A stretch of 64,000 bases of DNA from positions 247,034 to 311,033 of the forward strand of contig JAHDQO010000006.1 in assembly GCA_018433765.1 (NCBI GenBank), given 5' to 3'. Of the stretch, positions 50,030-60,596 are shown piece by piece. Below the pieces are notes generated by a model that was not told the origin of the DNA, made no database searches, and worked only from the letters and a program-made list of their open reading frames with translations. The position numbers were made by a program, and so were the translations under genes. Numbering within the stretch: the first letter of the stretch is position 1; every line of letters begins with the position of its first letter. The stretch comes from Tissierellales bacterium. Its GTDB lineage: Bacteria > Bacillota > Clostridia > Tissierellales > Sedimentibacteraceae.

Positions 50030-51134
50030 TTAATTTTTAATTTGCTTTAAGTATTCGTTTATAAACATGTCAATATTTCCATCCATTACTGATTGTGTAT
50101 TTCCTATTTCAGCATTTGTTCTATGATCTTTTACAAGACTATATGGATGGAACACATATGATCGTATTTGGCTTCCCCAAGCTATTTGATTATATTTACC
50201 TTGAATGTCTTCAATTTTTTCTTTATGCTCAGCTTCTTTTATTTCAATTAGCTTAGATTTCAGCATTTTCATAGCTGTCGCTTTATTCTTATGCTGTGAA
50301 CGTTCATTCTGACAAGAAACTACAACACCTGTAGGAACATGAGTTATCCTCACGGCAGAATCTGTTGTATTTACATGCTGCCCTCCTGCCCCGCTTGATC
50401 GATAAGTATCAATTTTAAGCTCTGCTTCGTTTATGTCAATGTCATCATCATCATTTAGCTCTGGCATAACATCAACTGAAGCAAATGATGTATGCCTTCT
50501 ATTTGAAGCATCAAATGGAGATATTCTAACTAACCTGTGTACACCTTTTTCTGCTTTTAAATATCCATAGGCATTTTCCCCCTGTATTGACAGAGTTACA
50601 CTTTTTATACCTGCTTCAGTATCTGGCAAGATATCTAATATATTATGCTTATACCCATGTCTCTCTACCCACCTAGAATACATTCTAAAAAGCATATCTG
50701 CCCAATCTTGAGCTTCTGTTCCTCCTGCTCCAGCATGTATAGAAAGTATAGCATTGTTACTATCATATTCTCCATCTAGCAAAGTTTTCAACTTTAATTC
50801 TTCAAGTTGTTTCTCTGTAATTTTTATGGTTTGCTTTATTTCTGCTATTTGACTTTCATCATTTTCTTCTTTTGTTAATTCAATAAGTATTTCAATATCT
50901 TCAATTTGTGATAATATACTATTGAATTCTTTAATCTTATCATTATTAACTTTAAGTTTTTGTGTTATTTTCTGAGCTTCTTCTTGATTATTCCAGAAAT
51001 CTGGATTCTGCATTTTTTGTTCTAAATTTTCGTTTTCTCTTTTTAAACCTGAAAGGTCAAAGAGAAACACCTACCTCATCTAATGTAATTTTAAAATTTT
51101 TTAATTTTTCCGTATATTCATACAGATCAATCAT
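50030..51134 (-). CDS. prfB: Peptide chain release factor 2, with a programmed +1 frameshift at CTT TGA C (about 51057-51063)
   Basis: ORF1 MIDLYEYTEKLKNFKITLDEVGVSL ends at an in-frame TGA preceded by the SD-like sequence GAGGTAGGTG. The +1 frame continues DLSGLKRENE... to the end. The GGQ motif is present. Confidence 0.9.
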
Positions 51135-51196
51135 TTTTAACCCTCCTTAATATTTTTGTGGTCTAGCACTCTTGCAAGTTAAAAGTTAAAAGTGTT

Positions 51197-53941
51197 TTAT
51201 TTGTCTTTTCCACAGCATTTTTTGTATTTTTTTCCACTTCCGCATGGGCATGGATCATTTCTTCCTATTTTTTTACCTTTTACTACTGTTTTTTGTTTAG
51301 AAGTAATTCTTCCAGCATTAGTCCCTGTTATTTTTGCAACTCTTTTTCTCTGCATTTTTTCTTGAGATTGTACTCTGAATAAGTATTTAACTGTATCTTC
51401 TTGTATAGAATTTATAAGCTCTTCAAACATATCAAAACCTTCAATTTGATATGCTCTTACAGGATCTTCATTTCCTAATGCTCTTAATCCAATTCCTTGT
51501 CTCAATTGATCCATTGCATCTATATGATCCATCCATTTTGTATCTACTGTTCTTAATAATATAATTCTTTCTACTTCTCTAAATCTTTCTTCACCAAACT
51601 CTTTTTCTTTTAATTCATATAGCTTATTGCCTACTTCTAAAGCCATATCCTTTAATTTTTCTCTTGTTAAGCTTTCAATATCTTCTATATTAAATTTAAC
51701 TGACACTCCATATATTTCACCAGCATAATCTTCAAAACCTTTTATGTTCCATTCTTCTGGATATTTTAAAGCAGTATGCATTTGAATACCAGCATCTAAC
51801 AAATCAGATAGCATACTTTGGATATTTTCTTTTAGATTTTCTCCTAAAAGAACTTTTCTTCTTTCTGAATAAATTACTTCTCTCTGCTTATTCATTACAT
51901 TATCATATTGAAGAACATGTTTCCTAATATTAAAGTTTCTTCCTTCTACCCTACCTTGAGCAGTTTCTATTGATTTTGACAAAATATTATGCTCTAAAGG
52001 TTCATTGTCAGGTAGTTTTAATGTATCTACTATCGTTTTAACTTTATCACCAGCAAATAATCGCATTAAGTCATCTCCAAGTGAAATATAAAACTTAGAA
52101 GATCCGGGATCACCTTGTCTTCCTGAACGACCACGAAGCTGGTTATCTATACGTCTAGATTCATGTCTTTCTGTTCCAATAATATGAAGTCCGCCAGCTT
52201 TAATAACTTTTTCTTGTTCATCTTTCAAATCTTCTTTTGCTTTTTCATGAAACTGCTTATAAGATTCTCTTGCTTTTAATACATCTGCATCTTTACTGTC
52301 ATCAAATCCATCTGCAACAGAAATTAACTCATCTGAAAATCCTTTTGCTCTCATTTTATTTTTTGCAATATATTCAGGATTACCACCTAAAACTATGTCA
52401 GTACCTCTACCTGCCATATTTGTTGCTATAGTAACTGCACCAAATCTTCCAGCTTGTGCAACAATTTCTGCTTCCTTATCGTGATGTTTAGCATTTAAAA
52501 TTTCATGTTTAATTCCTTTTCTCTTTAGCAATTTACTAATAATTTCTGATCTCTCAATAGATATAGTACCTACAAGTATTGGCTGACCTTTCGTATGTCT
52601 TTCACCAATTTCATCTGTAACTGCTAAAAACTTAGCTTCTTCTGTTTTGTATATTACATCTGGTCTGTCTTGTCTTACAACTGGTTTATTTGTTGGTATT
52701 TCAATAACATCTACTCCATAAATTTCTCTAAATTCTTCTTCTTCTGTTTTAGCAGTACCTGTCATACCAGATAATTTCTCATACATTCTAAAATAGTTTT
52801 GGAATGTTATAGTTGCAAGTGTTTTTGATTCTCTTCTTACATCTAATCCTTCTTTAGCTTCTATAGCTTGATGTAATCCATTAGAATATCGTCTTCCATA
52901 CATAAGACGTCCAGTAAATTCATCAACAATTATAACTTCCCCATCTTTTACTATATAATCAATATCTCTTTTCATTATGTTGTAAGCTTTTAATGCCTGA
53001 TTAATATGATGTGTCAATTCCATATTCTCTTGGTCTGCAAGGTTTTCAACACCAAAGTGACTTTCAGCTTTATTTACTCCTTTTTCTGTCAATGTAACAT
53101 TTTTAGCTTTTTCATCTACAACGAAATCAACTGTTTCTTCTTTATACTCTCCCATAATGAAATCCATTTTGCTTTTCTTTTCATTTGGATCAATTTTTCT
53201 TCCCTTAATCGTTTGTACAAAAGTATTAGCTTGAAAATACAAAGAAGTAGTTTTATCTCCTTGTCCTGATATTATAAGAGGAGTTCTAGCTTCGTCAATA
53301 AGTATACTATCAACCTCATCAATTATGCAAAAATTCAAATCCCTTTGAACCATCTCAGACCTGTGAATAACCATATTATCTCTTAAATAATCAAAACCAA
53401 ATTCATTGTTAGTTCCATAAGTAATATCAAAATTATATGCTTCTCTTCTTTTTTCATTGCTTATACCATGAACTATACAACCTACTGTTAAACCTAAGAA
53501 ATGATAAAGCTTACCCATCCAATCTTTATCTCTATTAGCAAGATAATCATTAACAGTAATTACATGAACCCCTTTTCCTTCAAGTGCATTTAAATAAACA
53601 GGCAATGTTGCTACTAATGTTTTACCTTCTCCTGTTTTCATTTCAGCTATTCGTCCTTGATGTAATATAATACCACCTATAAGCTGAACTTTATAATGCT
53701 TCATTCCTAATACTCTTACCGATGCTTCCCTAACTACCGCAAATGCTTCAGGTAATATGTCATCTGTTGTCTCACCATTTTTTAGGCGTTCCTTAAATTC
53801 TTCAGTTTTTAACTTTAACTGTTCGTCAGTTAACTTCTGTATTTCAGGTTCTAAAGCTTCAATTTTTTCAACTATAGGTTCTATTCTCTTTATTTCTCTA
53901 TCACTATATGAACCAAATACTTTTTCAAAAAATTTCTTCAT
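51197..53941 (-). CDS. secA: Preprotein translocase ATPase SecA
   Basis: Full-length SecA with a C-terminal zinc-binding tail [14 protein letters not shown]. Confidence 0.95.
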   Translation of the reverse strand: MKKFFEKVFGSYSDREIKRIEPIVEKIEALEPEIQKLTDEQLKLKTEEFKERLKNGETTDDILPEAFAVVREASVRVLGMKHYKVQLIGGIILHQGRIAEMKTGEGKTLVATLPVYLNALEGKGVHVITVNDYLANRDKDWMGKLYHFLGLTVGCIVHGISNEKRREAYNFDITYGTNNEFGFDYLRDNMVIHRSEMVQRDLNFCIIDEVDSILIDEARTPLIISGQGDKTTSLYFQANTFVQTIKGRKIDPNEKKSKMDFIMGEYKEETVDFVVDEKAKNVTLTEKGVNKAESHFGVENLADQENMELTHHINQALKAYNIMKRDIDYIVKDGEVIIVDEFTGRLMYGRRYSNGLHQAIEAKEGLDVRRESKTLATITFQNYFRMYEKLSGMTGTAKTEEEEFREIYGVDVIEIPTNKPVVRQDRPDVIYKTEEAKFLAVTDEIGERHTKGQPILVGTISIERSEIISKLLKRKGIKHEILNAKHHDKEAEIVAQAGRFGAVTIATNMAGRGTDIVLGGNPEYIAKNKMRAKGFSDELISVADGFDDSKDADVLKARESYKQFHEKAKEDLKDEQEKVIKAGGLHIIGTERHESRRIDNQLRGRSGRQGDPGSSKFYISLGDDLMRLFAGDKVKTIVDTLKLPDNEPLEHNILSKSIETAQGRVEGRNFNIRKHVLQYDNVMNKQREVIYSERRKVLLGENLKENIQSMLSDLLDAGIQMHTALKYPEEWNIKGFEDYAGEIYGVSVKFNIEDIESLTREKLKDMALEVGNKLYELKEKEFGEERFREVERIILLRTVDTKWMDHIDAMDQLRQGIGLRALGNEDPVRAYQIEGFDMFEELINSIQEDTVKYLFRVQSQEKMQRKRVAKITGTNAGRITSKQKTVVKGKKIGRNDPCPCGSGKKYKKCCGKDK

Positions 53942-54166
53942 TTTTTACTCCTTAAATATATTAATTTTATACATGATTTCAGCTACTATTTTGCGAATTT
54001 TCTAATTTATTAATAAAACAAACTTTACTCTAATTGTTTATTTTATCATTATTATCTTATTAAAACAAGTAAACTGTTAAAGCAAATTGCATATTTATTA
54101 ATCTTATTTCTATCCATAATCATAAGTATGGAAAGTATTCAAAGTAGTTTTTAGTTTATGTAGATA

Positions 54167-55426
54167 TCACCTATTTTGTAAAGATGCATAATATCCAGCA
54201 GTATATCCAGAACTCCATGCCCACTGAAGATTAAATCCTCCACAGTCTCCATCAATATCTAAAACTTCTCCTGCTGCATAAAGATTTTTAACTTTCTTAG
54301 ATTCTAGTGTATTTCTGTCAAAATCTTTTGTCTCTATACCTCCAGCAGTTACCTGAGCTTGCTGCCAAGAATAATATCCTATTACCTCAAAAGTCCAATT
54401 TTTTAATACTTCAATAATCTTATATACTTGTTTTCTATTTAATTTTGTACATTTAATTTTTGTATCCATTATTTCAGCTTCTTTTAATATAACAGGTATC
54501 AGTCTCTTGTTTATAAGTCCATTGAAGCTTTCTTCAATATTTTTATATTTCATTTTATTAAATCTATTAGTGAGTAACTCGTATAATTGATTTCTTTCAA
54601 ATTCAGGAAACATATCTATCTGAATAAATACTTTTTTATTTCTATTTAAATTTTCTAATGTCATACGGCTTATTTGAAGTACAGGTGGACCGGAAACACC
54701 ATAATCTGTGAAAAGTATTTCACCTGAATCCTGCCTAATAAGTTTACTATTTTGTAAAGCTTTAATATTGCCTTGTATTTTTACACCTTTTATTCGCTTT
54801 AAATTATCTGCATTAAGTTTTAATTGAACTAAAGCTGGAAAAGGTTCTATCAATTTATGACCGAATTTTTCAAACAATTTATATCCGCTCCCATCCGAGC
54901 CCAATTGAGAGCTAGCCTTTCCACCACAGCAAACTATAACTGCATCTGTTATATGTTTTTTACCGTCTGCATCTATCATAACAAAAGTTTCTTTATTTTT
55001 TATTAAATCCATTATTTTAAAATTAGTAAATTCTTTAACACCTAATCTATTAGCTTCATATCTTAGCGCATCTAAAACACTTGAAGCCTGTAGTGAATAT
55101 GGATATACCTTTCCTTCTTCATCTATATATGGATATATTCCTATATCGTCAAAAAAAGAAAGAGTTTTCTGAACTCCAAAAAACTCAAAAATCTTTTCAA
55201 TATAATTAGATTCTTTCCCATGATAGTTAATAATTTGAGTATTTATATTTGAAAGATTACATCTTCCATTACCAGTTGCAAGTATTTTTTTTCCGACTCT
55301 ATCCAGTCTTTCATATATAGTTACTTCTGCATTATTTTTAGCAGCAGCTATAGCAGCTGTCAAACCCGCCGCTCCGCCGCCAATAATAGCAATCTTCTTT
55401 TTCTTCATAATAATTTTCCTTTTCAA
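54167..55426 (-). CDS. HI0933/BaiN-family NAD(P)/FAD-dependent flavoprotein
   Basis: GGGAAGL dinucleotide-binding motif and TIGR00275-like sequence. Confidence 0.75.
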   Translation of the reverse strand: MKRKIIMKKKKIAIIGGGAAGLTAAIAAAKNNAEVTIYERLDRVGKKILATGNGRCNLSNINTQIINYHGKESNYIEKIFEFFGVQKTLSFFDDIGIYPYIDEEGKVYPYSLQASSVLDALRYEANRLGVKEFTNFKIMDLIKNKETFVMIDADGKKHITDAVIVCCGGKASSQLGSDGSGYKLFEKFGHKLIEPFPALVQLKLNADNLKRIKGVKIQGNIKALQNSKLIRQDSGEILFTDYGVSGPPVLQISRMTLENLNRNKKVFIQIDMFPEFERNQLYELLTNRFNKMKYKNIEESFNGLINKRLIPVILKEAEIMDTKIKCTKLNRKQVYKIIEVLKNWTFEVIGYYSWQQAQVTAGGIETKDFDRNTLESKKVKNLYAAGEVLDIDGDCGGFNLQWAWSSGYTAGYYASLQNR

Positions 55427-55538
55427 ACTGCTTTAAGTTTAATAGTTAATAACAACTAGATATAGTTGATAGTTTATAATTTATAGTTGATGGTTGAAAT
55501 TTTCATTTGAAAATTTCTTATATTCATTATTATTCTCA

Positions 55539-55780
55539 ATGTTTTACATAAGTAAAACTTCCATGTTTCTCGTTTCTCATTCCTCATCCCTCGTTCTTAT
55601 GTTTTACATAAGTAAAACTTCCATGTTTCTCGTTTCTCGTCCCTCATCCCTCGTTCTCAATGTTTTACATAAGTAAAACTACCACGTTTCTCGTTTCTCA
55701 TTCCTCATCCCTCGTTCTTATGTTTTACATAAGTAAAACTACCATGTTTCTCGTTTCTCATTCCTCATCTCTCGTTCTAT
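55539..55780. repeat. Tandem array of four ~60-bp units, each containing the palindrome gttttacataagtaaaac plus a (TTCTCGT)-like heptamer tract
   Basis: The units start at 55541, 55601, 55662 and 55722 and are more than 90% identical over their whole length, so there are no unique spacers. Confidence 0.9.
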
Positions 55781-57388
55781 TTATACAAGTGGTTCATATT
55801 CTTTCATTATAGCTTCTGCTGCTTTTAGACCATCAATAGCAGATGACATTATACCTCCTGCATAGCCCGCACCTTCTCCACAAGGATATAATCCTTTAAT
55901 ACTACTCTCCATATCCTCATTTCTCACTATCCTTAACGGTGATGAACTTCTTGTTTCAACTCCTGTTAATACTGCATCCTTTCTATTAAAACCATTTATT
56001 TTATTACTAAAAGCATTAACACCTTCAATAATACCTTCAATTACATATTTAGGTAAGCATTTTCTTAAATCACCAAAAGTTGTTCCTGGTCTATATGTAG
56101 GATATATATCACCATAAGTTGTTGAAACTCTATTATTTACTAAATCCTCAAAAAGCTGTACAGGTGCTTTAAAATCTCCTCCACCGATATCAAAAGCTTT
56201 TCTTTCCCATTTTCTCTGATATTGGATTCCAGCTAAAGGATGTCTTGTAGGAAAATCTTCAGGTCTTACAGCCACTAAAATCGCACTATTAGCATTTTCT
56301 AAATCTCTTGCATAAAAACTCATCCCATTAGTCGTTATACCCCCCTGTTCAGAAGAAGATGCAGTAACCATTCCACCGGGACACATGCAAAATGTGTAAA
56401 CTGGTCTGCCATTTTTAGCTTTATATGTAAGTTTATAGTCAGCAGCTTTTAATTTATAATTTCCTGCCATACTTCCATACTGTACTTCATCAATCATTTT
56501 TTGATGGTGTTCTATTCTAACACCTATTGCAAATGGCTTTTGCTGCATATATACATAATTACATAGCATTGCAAATGTATCTCTAGAACTATGACCTATT
56601 GCAAAAACAGCTACATCAGTATCCAAGAAATCCTTTTCAGTAATCAACCTAACAAGTTTACTGTCTTTCACTCCTAAATCAGTTACTTTTTCTTGAAATC
56701 TAAAAGTACCATTTAAACTTATAATCTTTTTTCTAATATTAATAATTACATTTCTTAAAACATCTGTTCCAACGTGAGGTTTATTCAAATACAAAATTTC
56801 ATCTGGAGCACCTGCTTCCACAAACTCTTCTAAAATTTTTCTACCTCTTCTATTTTTATCTTTTATAAGCGTATTAAGTTTTCCGTCGGAGAAAGTTCCT
56901 GCCCCTCCTTCACCAAATTGAACATTTGATTCTTCATCTAAAACACCTTCTAACCAGAACTTATCAATATCTTTGATTCTATCTTCTACTCTTTTTCCTC
57001 GTTCAATTATGATAGGATTATAACCATTTTCAGCAAGTATCAACGCACAAAAAAGACCTGTAGGACCACTTCCTACTATAACTGGTCTATTTTTTAGTGT
57101 TTTTGTTCCTGTAGCTTTTACTTGATACTTATATGGTTTTACAAAGAAAATTTGATTATTTCTGCTAATACATTTTTGATTTCTAGATATCCATTTTTCC
57201 TTTTGAGTAAGTACATCTACTGTGTAAACATACATAATACTATCTTTTTTTCTAGCATCAATAGATCTTCTATGAATTATAATCTCATCTACCTGTTCCT
57301 CGTTTAATTTAAGTATAGATAACACTTTTTGTTTTAAATCTTTTTCTTTATGATCTATAGGTAGTTTTATTTGCTGTATTCTTATCAT
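55781..57388 (-). CDS. FAD-dependent oxidoreductase (COG2509-type NAD(FAD)-utilizing dehydrogenase)
   Basis: GSGPTGLFCAL dinucleotide-binding motif in a ~535-aa conserved family. Confidence 0.7.
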   Translation of the reverse strand: MIRIQQIKLPIDHKEKDLKQKVLSILKLNEEQVDEIIIHRRSIDARKKDSIMYVYTVDVLTQKEKWISRNQKCISRNNQIFFVKPYKYQVKATGTKTLKNRPVIVGSGPTGLFCALILAENGYNPIIIERGKRVEDRIKDIDKFWLEGVLDEESNVQFGEGGAGTFSDGKLNTLIKDKNRRGRKILEEFVEAGAPDEILYLNKPHVGTDVLRNVIINIRKKIISLNGTFRFQEKVTDLGVKDSKLVRLITEKDFLDTDVAVFAIGHSSRDTFAMLCNYVYMQQKPFAIGVRIEHHQKMIDEVQYGSMAGNYKLKAADYKLTYKAKNGRPVYTFCMCPGGMVTASSSEQGGITTNGMSFYARDLENANSAILVAVRPEDFPTRHPLAGIQYQRKWERKAFDIGGGDFKAPVQLFEDLVNNRVSTTYGDIYPTYRPGTTFGDLRKCLPKYVIEGIIEGVNAFSNKINGFNRKDAVLTGVETRSSSPLRIVRNEDMESSIKGLYPCGEGAGYAGGIMSSAIDGLKAAEAIMKEYEPLV

Positions 57389-57591
57389 TTTAGCACCTCT
57401 TGTAATTAGTTATTTAACAAAAAAACTCTATTAATAATTATCTTATATATTAATCCATTATTATTATATAAATTAATGATAGTTTTAACAAGAAGAGTTT
57501 TAATTAATAAACTGTATTATTATAGTACCACAGCTATTTTTTAGTGTCAAAGTAATACATAACGCAAGAATATAAGCAAATTCATATATTT

Positions 57592-58782
57592 TTATATTTT
57601 AATAAAAATAACCTTTAAGTAATTACCTTTTTCATATTCATTTATAGTTTTAAAATCAGATGGAAGAGTATATTCTTCAATAATATTATATTTACTATTC
57701 ATTTCACTGAAAGCATCTTTAATATAACCTTTAAATTTTTTCATATTAAATGAGCTACTATTTGTAGATGCAACAATAATACCATTCTCTTCAGTTATAG
57801 CAATAGCTTCTTTCAATAGATTTTTATAATCTTTCTCGACACTAAAGATATATTTTTTAGATTTAGCAAAACTTGGTGGGTCTAAAATAACCATGTCATA
57901 TTTCAAGCCTTTCTTTTGTGCATACTTAAAATAACTAAAAACATCTTCAACAATAATGTCATGAGCTTCATAATCTATATTATTAATAGAGAACTGTTCT
58001 ATAGTTTTACTCAAACTCCTATTAGCTAAATCTACGCTTGTTGTTTTTGCAGCTCCTCCTAAAGCTGAAAAAACTGAAAAAGCACCTGTATAAGAAAAAG
58101 TATTTAGTACAGTTCTACCCTTAGCATATTTATCTCTTATAGTTCTTCTAACTTCTCTTTGATCTAAAAAAACACCTACCATAGCACCTTCATCAAAATA
58201 TACTGCAAAGTTAACATCATTTTCTTTCACTATAACAGGAAATTGTCCTCTAGTACCAAGAATAAAGCCATCTTCTTCTACATATTTTCCATCAATATTA
58301 AATCTTTTTTTCTGATAAATAGCTTTAAAGCCTACAAGTTTTTTTAAGGAATTAATAATTTCATCTCTAAACTTATATATACCTTTACTGTACCAATTAA
58401 TTAAATAATATCCGTCAAAATTATCTATCGTTAATCCACCTATTCCATCACCTTCGCCATTGAAAATTCTGAATGCTGTTGTACTTGGATTGTTATAAAA
58501 TGGAGTTCTTTTATTTAAAGCTTCAATTATTTTCTTTTCAAAAAATTTTATATCAATAATTTCATTTTCTTTTCTACTTAATACCCATCCGTATCCTTTA
58601 TTTTGTCTTCCATAATATCCTTTAGCTACAAATCTATTCTTATCATCTACTAATTTTACTATAATACCTTCTCTTTCAAGGTCTTGAAGATTTACTATTG
58701 ATTCTTTAGTTAATAAAGGATATCCTTCTTTATATTTATTAATATATTTCTGCTTAATTTTTATAGTAATTTCTTTTTTCAT
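57592..58782 (-). CDS. rlmI: Class I SAM-dependent rRNA methyltransferase (RlmI/YwbD-like; PUA plus methyltransferase)
   Basis: N-terminal PUA-like region, followed by a Rossmann methyltransferase domain with the DPPSF motif. Confidence 0.75.
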   Translation of the reverse strand: MKKEITIKIKQKYINKYKEGYPLLTKESIVNLQDLEREGIIVKLVDDKNRFVAKGYYGRQNKGYGWVLSRKENEIIDIKFFEKKIIEALNKRTPFYNNPSTTAFRIFNGEGDGIGGLTIDNFDGYYLINWYSKGIYKFRDEIINSLKKLVGFKAIYQKKRFNIDGKYVEEDGFILGTRGQFPVIVKENDVNFAVYFDEGAMVGVFLDQREVRRTIRDKYAKGRTVLNTFSYTGAFSVFSALGGAAKTTSVDLANRSLSKTIEQFSINNIDYEAHDIIVEDVFSYFKYAQKKGLKYDMVILDPPSFAKSKKYIFSVEKDYKNLLKEAIAITEENGIIVASTNSSSFNMKKFKGYIKDAFSEMNSKYNIIEEYTLPSDFKTINEYEKGNYLKVIFIKI

Positions 58783-58804
58783 ATTTCTTCCTTACATTTT
58801 TTTA

Positions 58805-59707
58805 TTATGAATTTTTCTTCAAAAACTCATATGCTTTTTCATAATTTCCTATTTTTGAATAGCAGTCAGCTATATATTTATTTAAACTTATCAAAGGTTT
58901 CTCTGTATCTTTCCACTTCTCACTGCATTTTAAAAAGGAATTAATTGCATCATCAATTTTATCTAGTTCATAAAAAACACGACCTAATAAATAATAATAA
59001 TCACCTGAATATTTTATATCACTATAACATGTATTGTCAGATAACTCTATTATTTGTTCATACATTTTTTTCTGAAATAGTATTTCACTTTTGACAAAAA
59101 AATCTTTTACTCCTATTTCCTTAAATAAATGAATAGTTTCTTCATATAATCCGTTATATTTTTCTGCTTGATTTAATTTTCCTAATTTCAAAGATACTTG
59201 TGTCAAATACATCAAAATTTTTGTTTCTAAGTATTTATTATTATATGGAATTTTTTTTTGGTACATTAATGATTTTCTTAATATTTCCTCTGTTTCTATA
59301 AATTTATTTTCACTAAACAATTCAAAACCTTTATTTGCTAAGCAATGATACATTAATAAACAGAACTCTCGATAGTTACTAAAATTATTTTCGTCATCAA
59401 TTTTTTCTAAACCTTTAATACACTTATCCCAATCATTAACTAAATAGAGTTCTATTAACTTGTCTAGTTCATAAACTTTATTATCAGAAGTCAAATCTTC
59501 CTCTACCATTGCATCCATAAAATATGTAATAGGCTTATCTAGTTTCTTAGCTAAATATTCAATGGTTTTTATTGATGGATAAGCTAATCCATTCTCTATT
59601 TGACTGAGCATATTTCGTGTAATAAAATCACCTGATACTTCTTTTTGTGTTAGTTTCTTTTCTAACCTTGCTTCCTTAATTCTTTCACCTAAAGTATTAT
59701 TTCTCAT
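58805..59707 (-). CDS. XRE-family HTH transcriptional regulator with C-terminal TPR-like repeats (RNPP/PlcR-like architecture)
   Basis: N-terminal HTH (LTQKEVSGDFITRNMLSQIENG) followed by about 230 aa of helical repeats. Confidence 0.65.
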   Translation of the reverse strand: MRNNTLGERIKEARLEKKLTQKEVSGDFITRNMLSQIENGLAYPSIKTIEYLAKKLDKPITYFMDAMVEEDLTSDNKVYELDKLIELYLVNDWDKCIKGLEKIDDENNFSNYREFCLLMYHCLANKGFELFSENKFIETEEILRKSLMYQKKIPYNNKYLETKILMYLTQVSLKLGKLNQAEKYNGLYEETIHLFKEIGVKDFFVKSEILFQKKMYEQIIELSDNTCYSDIKYSGDYYYLLGRVFYELDKIDDAINSFLKCSEKWKDTEKPLISLNKYIADCYSKIGNYEKAYEFLKKNS

Positions 59708-59842
59708 GATTTATTAATCATTCCTTATAATAATTAATTTAATTATTTCTCAATAATATATATTTTCCTATTTTATACAAGTAAATTTTTTTTACGTTTT
59801 CATATTGTATCATGTCCAGTTTTTTCAGTCAAATATTTTTTC

Positions 59843-59871
59843 TTGACACGATGAAAAATTTAGCGTATTAT
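59843..59871 (+). promoter_or_regulatory. Sigma-A type promoter for nfeD-floT
   Basis: TTGACA, 17 bp, then TATTAT (tgTAgg), about 85 nt upstream of the start. Confidence 0.5.
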
Positions 59872-59954
59872 GTAGGTAAATATTATTTACCTTTTCAATT
59901 TTCTGTCATCTAGTGTATAATAATGTATGTATATTTATAACAGGAGGTAATTTT

Positions 59955-60581
59955 ATGACTCAATGGTGGAATGAATTAAGCAACTTGCAGCAATTATTTT
60001 ATTATTGTGCTATACCATCAACTATAGTACTATTTATTCAAACATTATTATCTATTATAGGACTTGGAAATGATACTGATATAGATGCTGACATAGACGT
60101 AGAAGTCGACTATGATTCAGGTTTTGATGGTGACACTGACGTTGCCGAATTAGACCAAATTGAAAGTACAGCATCATTGAAATTCTTCTCTATAAGAGGA
60201 ATTGTAGCTTTTTTCACTTTATTCGGTTGGGTAGGAGTTGTTTTAAGCAAAACTAATTTACCTGTTTCTATTATCTTCTTAATTTCAATTTTTAGCGGAC
60301 TTTTAGGAATGTTTGTAATTGCTCTTATGTTCTATGGTATTAGCAAACTACAATCCAATGGAAATATAAGTCTTAAAAATGCTATAGGAGCAACTGCGCA
60401 AGTTTATATACCTATTCCTCCAAATCTTTCAGGTAAAGGTAAAATACAAGTTACAATTCAAGAACGTCTATCGGAAGTAAATGCTATGACAGAAAATAGA
60501 AAAACATTATCAACAGGATGCAATGTTCGTGTTGTTGATGTTATAGATATTAATACATTACTTGTTGAAAAAACAAAGTAA
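59955..60581 (+). CDS. NfeD-like membrane protein (flotillin-associated, OB-fold C-terminus)
   Basis: Start at MTQWW, with RBS CAGGAGGT. Transmembrane segments and an acidic linker, then a C-terminal beta-rich domain, immediately upstream of the flotillin gene. Confidence 0.7.
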   Translation: MTQWWNELSNLQQLFYYCAIPSTIVLFIQTLLSIIGLGNDTDIDADIDVEVDYDSGFDGDTDVAELDQIESTASLKFFSIRGIVAFFTLFGWVGVVLSKTNLPVSIIFLISIFSGLLGMFVIALMFYGISKLQSNGNISLKNAIGATAQVYIPIPPNLSGKGKIQVTIQERLSEVNAMTENRKTLSTGCNVRVVDVIDINTLLVEKTK

Positions 60582-60596
60582 AAGGAGGACTTAATT

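Noticed and set aside
50962-51150. 62-aa plus-strand ORF spanning the prfB 5' region
   Set aside because: It is antisense to the prfB frameshift window, which the programmed +1 frameshift structure of RF2 explains fully.
55494-55676. 60-aa ORF on the plus strand
   Set aside because: It lies entirely within the 60-bp tandem repeat array. Its translation is internally repetitive and there is no RBS.
55539-55780. Possible CRISPR array (regularly spaced palindromic gttttac..gtaaaac repeats)
   Set aside because: The entire 60-bp unit, including what would be the spacers, is repeated at more than 90% identity, so there are no unique spacers. No cas genes are nearby. The same hairpin recurs singly at many intergenic sites as part of a dispersed repeat family.
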